DNA from: Candidatus Makaraimicrobium thalassicum
GTDB taxonomy: Bacteria > Omnitrophota > Gorgyraeia > Tantalellales > Tantalellaceae
Assembly: GCA_003644505.1 (NCBI GenBank)
Contig: QNCM01000002.1
Location: forward strand, 4,414-68,413
DNA length: 64,000 bases
Direction of reading: 5' to 3'
The position numbers and the translations under genes are program-made. Of the stretch, positions 58,172 through 64,000 are shown in pieces. The notes under the pieces were generated by a model. The model searched no databases, was not told the origin of the DNA, and worked only from the letters and a program-made list of their open reading frames with translations. Within the stretch, counting starts at the first letter, position 1. Each line of letters begins with the position of its first letter.

Positions 58172-59748
58172 AAAAAGTCTATATTTACGATACCACGCTG
58201 AGGGACGGTGCCCAGTCCGAAGGGATATCTTTTTCAGTAAAAGACAAGATACGGATCGCGCAAAGGCTTGATGAACTCGGTGTAGATTTTGTCGAGGGCG
58301 GCTGGCCGGGATCAAACCCAAAGGATGACGAATTTTTCAGGGAGGCTCCCCTGCAGCTGAAGATGAAAAAGGCCAAACTTGTGGCGTTCGGCAGCACGCG
58401 AAGGGCCGGTAGAAAGACAGCTTCGGATCCGGTCATCAAGGGTCTGCTCAATGCCCGGACGAAATATTTGACGATATTCGGGAAGAGCTGGGATCTGCAT
58501 GTAAAAGCGGTTTTAAGGACGACACTCAAGGAAAATCTCAGGATGATCGAAGATTCCGTCAGGTATCTTAAAAAAAGAGGGCGCCGGGTGATCTTTGATG
58601 CCGAGCATTTCTTCGACGGATACAGAGAAAACGCGGGATACGCCATGGATACGCTGAAAGCGGCATGTGACGGCGGGGCGGAGGTTGTAGTGCTCTGCGA
58701 TACGAACGGAGGCGCCCTTACAGACCAGGTTTTTGAGATTGTCGAGGAAACAGCCGGAAAAGTCAAAATTCCTCTGGGTATCCACGTCCACAATGACGCC
58801 GATATGGCGGTAGCCAACTCCATCGCGGCGGTGCAGGCAGGCTGCAACCATGTCCAGGGAACATTCAACGGGTATGGGGAGAGATGCGGGAACGCAAACC
58901 TCGTATCCATCATGCCCACGCTGAAATTCAAGCTGGGAATGGACTGTCTTCCCGAATTCGCGTTCAAGGAATTGACGGAAGCATCCAGGTATATAGCGGA
59001 GATCTCGAACGTCAGGCAGCTGGACGCGCAGCCGTACGTCGGCAAAAGCGCCTTTGCCCATAAAGCGGGTGTCCATGTGAACGCTATCCTGAAGAACAGC
59101 AGGACATATGAGCATATAGCTCCGGAAAAGGTCGGCAACATGCGGAGGATGATTATTTCCGAACTTTCCGGCAAGTCGAGCATAATGAAGAGGGCCGGAG
59201 ACCTGGGATACAGGATAAAAAAAACATCCGAAAAAGCCGGAAAGATACTGTCACACGTGCAGGATCTGGAAAAAAAAGGATACCAGTTCGAGCTGGCAGA
59301 AGCATCGCTTTCGCTTTTGATGCGCAGAGCCTCCGAAGTCTTTAAAAAATATTTTGAGATGAAAGAGTTCAGGGTCATTGTCGAAAAACGGGGCGACGGT
59401 CCGGTCATCTCAGAAGCTACGATAAAAGTTGAGATCGGCGGTAAATCCAGGCATACTGTTTCACTCGGGGACGGTCCTGTCCATGCCCTTGACCGGGCAC
59501 TCCGGAAGTCCCTGATAGGACTATATCCGTCTTTAAAGGAAATGCACCTTTCGGATTTCAGGGTCCGGGTGCTTGACGAAAAGGCAGCTACCGCGGCCAG
59601 GGTCCGGGTCCTTATCCAGTCCCAGGATAAGAGCGATTCGTGGTGGACTGTCGGTGTTTCCGAGAACATCATAGAAGCAAGCTGGCTGGCCCTCAAGGAT
59701 TCTTTCGAATACAAATTCGTGAAAGACCAGAAGAAGAAGCGGAAATGA
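58168..59748 (+). CDS. cimA: (R)-citramalate synthase (LeuA-family, CimA-type)
   Basis: YIYDTTLRDGAQSEGISFSVKDKIRIAQRLDELGVDFVEGGWPGSNPKD and HVHNDADMAVANS are present. A C-terminal regulatory LeuA_dimer-like domain is present. The 526-aa length is CimA-like. Confidence 0.8.
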   Translation: MKKVYIYDTTLRDGAQSEGISFSVKDKIRIAQRLDELGVDFVEGGWPGSNPKDDEFFREAPLQLKMKKAKLVAFGSTRRAGRKTASDPVIKGLLNARTKYLTIFGKSWDLHVKAVLRTTLKENLRMIEDSVRYLKKRGRRVIFDAEHFFDGYRENAGYAMDTLKAACDGGAEVVVLCDTNGGALTDQVFEIVEETAGKVKIPLGIHVHNDADMAVANSIAAVQAGCNHVQGTFNGYGERCGNANLVSIMPTLKFKLGMDCLPEFAFKELTEASRYIAEISNVRQLDAQPYVGKSAFAHKAGVHVNAILKNSRTYEHIAPEKVGNMRRMIISELSGKSSIMKRAGDLGYRIKKTSEKAGKILSHVQDLEKKGYQFELAEASLSLLMRRASEVFKKYFEMKEFRVIVEKRGDGPVISEATIKVEIGGKSRHTVSLGDGPVHALDRALRKSLIGLYPSLKEMHLSDFRVRVLDEKAATAARVRVLIQSQDKSDSWWTVGVSENIIEASWLALKDSFEYKFVKDQKKKRK

Positions 59749-62435
59749 AAGATATCCCTATCCGGTATGATCCCCAGAAAAAAGAGGAGGAGATCTACGC
59801 TGCATGGTCCCGGGAAAACCTTTTCCATGCCGATGAAGACACCGCCCGCACGCCCTACGCTATTGTGATCCCCCCTCCCAATATAACGGGGATCCTCCAT
59901 ATGGGGCACGCCCTTAATAACACTATACAGGACATACTTATCCGGTGGAAACGTATGGAAGGCTTTGAAACGCTCTGGATGCCGGGCACGGATCACGCCG
60001 GTATAGCGACCCAGAATGTCGTTGAACGCGAACTCGCGGGAGAGGGGCTGAAGAGAGAGGAGATAGGCCGGGAGAAATTCCTGGAGAAGATCTGGCAGTG
60101 GAAAGAGGAGTACGGCAGTACCATTATTCGCCAGTTGAAGCGGCTGGGATGTTCCTGTGACTGGGAACGGACGCGTTTTACCATGGATGGAGGCCTTTCC
60201 ATGGCGGTCAGAGAGGTCTTTGGGCGTTTATACAGTGACGGGCTTATCTATAAAGGGGGCTATATCATCAACTGGTGCCCGCGCTGCGCCACAGCCCTCA
60301 GCGATGAGGAAGCCGAGCACCGCGAAGTCGAAGGGATGCTCTATTATATAAAGTATCCGGTCATGGGCAGGGATAAGCTGGAGAAGGAGAACGAAGACTA
60401 TCTTGTGGTGGCAACCACCCGTCCCGAGACCATGCTGGGAGATGTGGCCGTGGCAGTTAATCCCAAAGATCCGCGCTATTCGGGTCTTGAGGGCAAGACG
60501 CTGGTCCTGCCCATTATTAAGAGGGAGTTGAGGATAATATTTGACGAGGATGTGGATCCGGAGTTCGGGACAGGGGCGCTCAAGGTCACGCCTGCCCATG
60601 ACCCCGTGGATTTTGAACTCGGCGCCAGGCACGGGCTGGAAAGTATAAACGTAATGCATCCTGACGGGAGGATAAACGCTCTCGGCGGTGATTACAAAGG
60701 GATGGACCGGTTCGAATGCCGTGAGGCGATAGTCGAGGACCTGAAACAGAGAAAGCTTTTCATAAAGACGGAAAAACATGTTCATGCGGTCGGACACTGT
60801 TACCGTTGTCACACTGTCGTGGAACCCCGCCTTTCCAAACAATGGTTCGTGAAGATGAAACCGCTGGCGATAGAGGCGATCAAGGTAGTCAAAGAGGGAA
60901 GGATCACGTTTTATCCTTCCCGCTGGACAAAGGTATACCTGAACTGGATGGAGAATATCCGCCCCTGGTGTATCTCCCGCCAGATATGGTGGGGGCATCG
61001 TATCCCTGTATGGTATTGCAGGGATTGCCTGAAGTATGAGAATGTCCGCGATGTAGATGTAAAGGGCCCGGGGAAACGCGGCGTCTGTGTCAGCATGGAA
61101 AAACCGGATAAGTGTCCTGTGTGCGGGGGGACGGATATGGAACAGGATCCGGACGTGCTGGACACATGGTTCAGTTCCTGGCTGTGGCCTTTTTCCACTT
61201 TAGGCTGGCCTGAAGATACCGGAGAGTTGAGGACGTTCTATCCCACGGACGCGCTGGTCACCGCGCAGGAGATCATATTTTTCTGGGTCGCCAGGATGAT
61301 AATGGCAGGTTTGAGATTCCGGGAGGACATACCCTTCAGGGATGTCTATATCCACGGGACGGTGCGCGACACGACAGGGACCAAGATGTCGAAATCACTT
61401 GGTAACGTCATAGATCCACTTGACATCATACGGGAGGTAGGCAGCGACGCTCTGCGTTTCAGTATCATCTCGATAACTTCCCAGGGACAGGACGTCTTTT
61501 TGTCTAAAGAAAAATTCGAACTGGGACGGAATTTTGCGAATAAGTTATGGAACGCTTCACGGTATGTCCTGATGAACTTAGAAGGATCCGCCCCGGATGA
61601 AGAGATCAGTGAAGGCGACCTGACCCTTGCCGACCGCTGGATACTGAGCTCTTTTAACAGGACGGCGGAAAAGGTCACAAAAAGCCTCAAGGCATACAGG
61701 TTCAACGATGCCGCCTCCGCGCTGTATGATTTTATATGGCATAAATACTGCGATTGGTATCTGGAGCTCTCCAAGTTTTCCGGCAGTAAAGGGGCCACAC
61801 AGAAGATACTGGTGAAGGTCCTTAAGGGCTTCCTGCGTCTCCTGCATCCGTTCATGCCCTTTATAACCGAGGAGATATGGCAGAAGATACCGGGAGAAAA
61901 GCACAAATGGATAATGACGGCAAGCTGGCCGGGACCCGAGAAAAAATACGATAACGCCAAAGCGGCCGGTGACATGGAAAAGCTGATCGGAGTTATTACC
62001 GCTGTCCGCAATGTCAGGGCATTCTGGAATATCGGACACGCCGCGGGGATCGACGTTCTGTTAAACGTGAAGGGGCGGGAGGATAGAGAACTGCTGGAGG
62101 AAAACGTCCGTTATATCGAGCAGATGGCCCGCTGCAGCGTCCGGGGCATAGAGAAGGACATCCCCAGGCCTGACCGCTCTGTCGCGGCGCTGGTCGAGGG
62201 GATAAGATTGTTTGTGCCTCTGGGCGGAGCCGTGGATATAGAAAAGGAAAGAACGCGTGTAAACAAAAAGATCGAAGATTTACAGCGCTATCTTAACGGT
62301 ATTGATAAAAAGCTCAAGAACAAGGCATTCGTGGAAAAAGCGCCCGAAGATGTCGTCCGGAAGGAAGAAGCGAGGAGACAGAAATTCGATGAACAGGTGA
62401 AGACCCTGAAGGATAACCTGGGTGCGCTTAAATGA
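59745..62435 (+). CDS. valS: Valine--tRNA ligase
   Basis: The start MKDIPIRYDPQKKEEEIYAAW overlaps the cimA stop (ATGA). PPPNITGILHMGHALN (HIGH), the CP1 editing domain and KMSKSLGN are present. A C-terminal coiled coil is present. The upstream part of the ORF in the six-frame track (59640..62435, from 59640) is inside cimA. Confidence 0.95.
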   Translation: MKDIPIRYDPQKKEEEIYAAWSRENLFHADEDTARTPYAIVIPPPNITGILHMGHALNNTIQDILIRWKRMEGFETLWMPGTDHAGIATQNVVERELAGEGLKREEIGREKFLEKIWQWKEEYGSTIIRQLKRLGCSCDWERTRFTMDGGLSMAVREVFGRLYSDGLIYKGGYIINWCPRCATALSDEEAEHREVEGMLYYIKYPVMGRDKLEKENEDYLVVATTRPETMLGDVAVAVNPKDPRYSGLEGKTLVLPIIKRELRIIFDEDVDPEFGTGALKVTPAHDPVDFELGARHGLESINVMHPDGRINALGGDYKGMDRFECREAIVEDLKQRKLFIKTEKHVHAVGHCYRCHTVVEPRLSKQWFVKMKPLAIEAIKVVKEGRITFYPSRWTKVYLNWMENIRPWCISRQIWWGHRIPVWYCRDCLKYENVRDVDVKGPGKRGVCVSMEKPDKCPVCGGTDMEQDPDVLDTWFSSWLWPFSTLGWPEDTGELRTFYPTDALVTAQEIIFFWVARMIMAGLRFREDIPFRDVYIHGTVRDTTGTKMSKSLGNVIDPLDIIREVGSDALRFSIISITSQGQDVFLSKEKFELGRNFANKLWNASRYVLMNLEGSAPDEEISEGDLTLADRWILSSFNRTAEKVTKSLKAYRFNDAASALYDFIWHKYCDWYLELSKFSGSKGATQKILVKVLKGFLRLLHPFMPFITEEIWQKIPGEKHKWIMTASWPGPEKKYDNAKAAGDMEKLIGVITAVRNVRAFWNIGHAAGIDVLLNVKGREDRELLEENVRYIEQMARCSVRGIEKDIPRPDRSVAALVEGIRLFVPLGGAVDIEKERTRVNKKIEDLQRYLNGIDKKLKNKAFVEKAPEDVVRKEEARRQKFDEQVKTLKDNLGALK

Positions 62436-63151
62436 CGGCAACGACAAAGAGGCTTCAGTCGATCCTGGCCCATGCGGGTGTGGCCAGCAGGAGGCACGCG
62501 GCAGAATTTATTGCCAACGGAAGGGTCAAGGTGGACGGCCGTTCCGTTACCGAGAAGGGGCTCAGGATCGATCCTGCAAAGCACGAAATACTGGTTGACG
62601 GCCGCGCTCTTCCAAAGGAAGAAAAAAAATATTACTTTCTTTTCAACAAACCCGGGAATGTTATTTCCACCGTCAGAGATACCCACGGTCGAAAAAAAGT
62701 AACTGATTATTTTAAAGAGATAAACGCCCGCCTTTATCCCGTGGGCCGTCTGGATAAGGATACCACGGGCGCGCTGATAATGACGAATGACGGAAAACTG
62801 GCGCACAGACTTGCTCACCCCGGGTTTGAGATAGAAAAAGAATACAGGGTGACGGTCAGCCGTTGCGTCAGCCGGGATGATATCCGGAAGATCGGGAAGG
62901 GTATCGAAGTCGAAGGGAAGATTACCGCTCCGTGCGAAATAAAACTGGTGAAGAAAGACCTGAAAGCCGCGGTATACAGAGTAAAACTGCACGAAGGCCG
63001 GAAAAGACAGGTCCGGCGGATGTTCGAGGCCGCAGGCGCCGTAGTTACAGGGCTTAAACGCAGCAGGTATGCGGGCCTGACCCTCAGGGGCCTGAAACAA
63101 GGCGAGTTCAGGCCCCTTACTGAAAAAGAAGTGGCGAGATTGAGAGGTTGA
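62432..63151 (+). CDS. rluB: Ribosomal large-subunit pseudouridine synthase (RsuA/RluB family)
   Basis: An N-terminal S4 domain (RLQSILAHAGVASRRHAAEFIANGRVKVDG) is present. The catalytic Asp is in YPVGRLDKDTTGALIMTNDG. Confidence 0.85.
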   Translation: MTATTKRLQSILAHAGVASRRHAAEFIANGRVKVDGRSVTEKGLRIDPAKHEILVDGRALPKEEKKYYFLFNKPGNVISTVRDTHGRKKVTDYFKEINARLYPVGRLDKDTTGALIMTNDGKLAHRLAHPGFEIEKEYRVTVSRCVSRDDIRKIGKGIEVEGKITAPCEIKLVKKDLKAAVYRVKLHEGRKRQVRRMFEAAGAVVTGLKRSRYAGLTLRGLKQGEFRPLTEKEVARLRG

Positions 63152-63157
63152 AGCATC

Positions 63158-64000
63158 ATGATGAGTCTGGACAAGAAGCGGGTCGATACGATAGTCCGGT
63201 CCGCGTTGAAAGAGGATATAGGGACCGGGGATATCACCTCGCAGTCAGTTCTTGAGGGGTTTTTGAACATAGACGCGGTCATCGTATCGCGTGAAAAGGG
63301 CGTGGTCTGCGGTATGGACGTTGTCGAAAGGGTTTTCGCCGCTGTGGAGCCCAGCCTGAAATTCCGCCCCGTCGTAAAAGACGGCGATCATATCGCGGCA
63401 GGCCAGGAGATAGCGTTCATTGAAGGCAAAGCGCAGGCGGTATTAAAGGCGGAGAGGACGGCGTTGAATTTTCTGGGGATGTTAAGCGGCGTGGCTACGC
63501 GGACGCGGGAAATGGTTGACCTTCTCAGGGGTACCGGCGTCAAAATATATGATACGCGGAAAACGATCCCCCTTCACAGGTATCTTCAGAAATACGCGGT
63601 TACTGTCGGCGGCGGCTGCAACCACAGAAAAGGGCTGTGGGACATGGTCCTGATAAAGGATAATCATATAAGGGCGCTCGGCATACAGATGAAGGCCGCC
63701 AGCGGCGGGATCGTCATAAAAGAGATCATCGGACGCGCCAGAGGCTCCGTGCAGAAGAACATCAGGGTCGAAATAGAGGTGGAAACGCTTAAGGAGTGCG
63801 GATACGCCCTCGAAGAGAAACCGGACGTTGTCATGCTGGACAATATGCCGCCCGATATGGTAAAGGAAGCGGTCGCTCTGCGCAGGGACAGGGGCCTGGA
63901 AAAGAGAGTGCTTTTTGAGGTTTCAGGCGGCGTTAACCGGGATAATATCGGCGATTATGGCGGAACGGGCGTGGAGATCATCTCTATCGGGGCGATCACA
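63158..64000 (+). CDS. nadC: Nicotinate-nucleotide pyrophosphorylase [carboxylating], 3'-truncated by the window edge
   Basis: ALKEDIGTGDITS, TRKTIPLHRYLQKYAV, LWDMVLIKDNHI, VEVETL and MLDNM are present. The frame stays open to nt 64000. Confidence 0.85.
   Translation, partial: MMSLDKKRVDTIVRSALKEDIGTGDITSQSVLEGFLNIDAVIVSREKGVVCGMDVVERVFAAVEPSLKFRPVVKDGDHIAAGQEIAFIEGKAQAVLKAERTALNFLGMLSGVATRTREMVDLLRGTGVKIYDTRKTIPLHRYLQKYAVTVGGGCNHRKGLWDMVLIKDNHIRALGIQMKAASGGIVIKEIIGRARGSVQKNIRVEIEVETLKECGYALEEKPDVVMLDNMPPDMVKEAVALRRDRGLEKRVLFEVSGGVNRDNIGDYGGTGVEIISIGAIT

Noticed and set aside
59640-59744. Upstream extension of the valS ORF from 59640
   Set aside because: It lies entirely inside cimA in another frame. 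MKDIPIRYD at 59745 overlaps the cimA stop in an ATGA arrangement, and class I aaRS N-termini align from there.
58185-59996. 603-aa minus-strand ORF antisense to cimA
   Set aside because: The + strand frame here has unambiguous LeuA/CimA motifs across its whole length. The antisense translation is S/P/A-rich low complexity. Long antisense ORFs arise readily opposite RNY-biased coding sequence.
1-64000. CRISPR arrays, IS elements, integrases and rRNA genes
   Set aside because: No regularly spaced direct repeats with unique spacers are present. No transposase or integrase motifs (DDE, tyrosine recombinase R-H-R-Y) appear in any frame. No rRNA-like stretches are present. The only repeats are the intragenic duplications and the small palindromes described above.

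Overview
All CDS I can support in this 64-kb window are on the + strand. The first ~20.4 kb is a single uninterrupted reading frame of at least 6,792 codons, open to the window's 5' edge. It encodes a giant mosaic protein: an N-terminal membrane-embedded ICMT-like methyltransferase, a uridine-kinase/PRK-like P-loop kinase, a long TPR region, a K/E-rich coiled coil, a nested segmental duplication (A1-B1-B2-A2), and a C-terminal class-I SAM methyltransferase. The duplicated modules carry ten XRE-type HTH-like units and two RelE/ParE-like folds. Nineteen bp downstream is a 1,328-aa protein that joins a GHKL (histidine-kinase-like) ATPase domain to a CofD/YvcK-like (UPF0052) domain. I regard this two-gene module as the undescribed system in the window.

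The remaining ~40 kb is a tightly packed, co-directional housekeeping block, in this order:
- a CinA-C/PncC-like protein, thpR, recA, recX and alaS;
- a fused his-trp super-operon, hisD-B-H-A-F-I then trpE-G-D-C-F-B-A;
- ruvX, an M16 peptidase, an M50/S2P-CBS protease, rpe, PGM/PMM, lepA, lepB, a CDP-alcohol phosphatidyltransferase, der and plsY;
- an AT-rich islet with one small orphan ORF;
- gpsA, tRNA-Pro(GGG), hom, thrC, apgM, lysC, cimA, valS, rluB and the 5' part of nadC.

I also mapped intergenic structures: a rho-independent terminator, sigma70-like promoters, an 18-bp perfect inverted repeat, and a small CCGAT..ATCGG palindromic motif family. The giant gene and all-one-strand layout resemble reports from Omnitrophota-like lineages, but I cannot verify lineage from sequence alone. 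All product calls rest on motifs I read in the translations. No database search was run.
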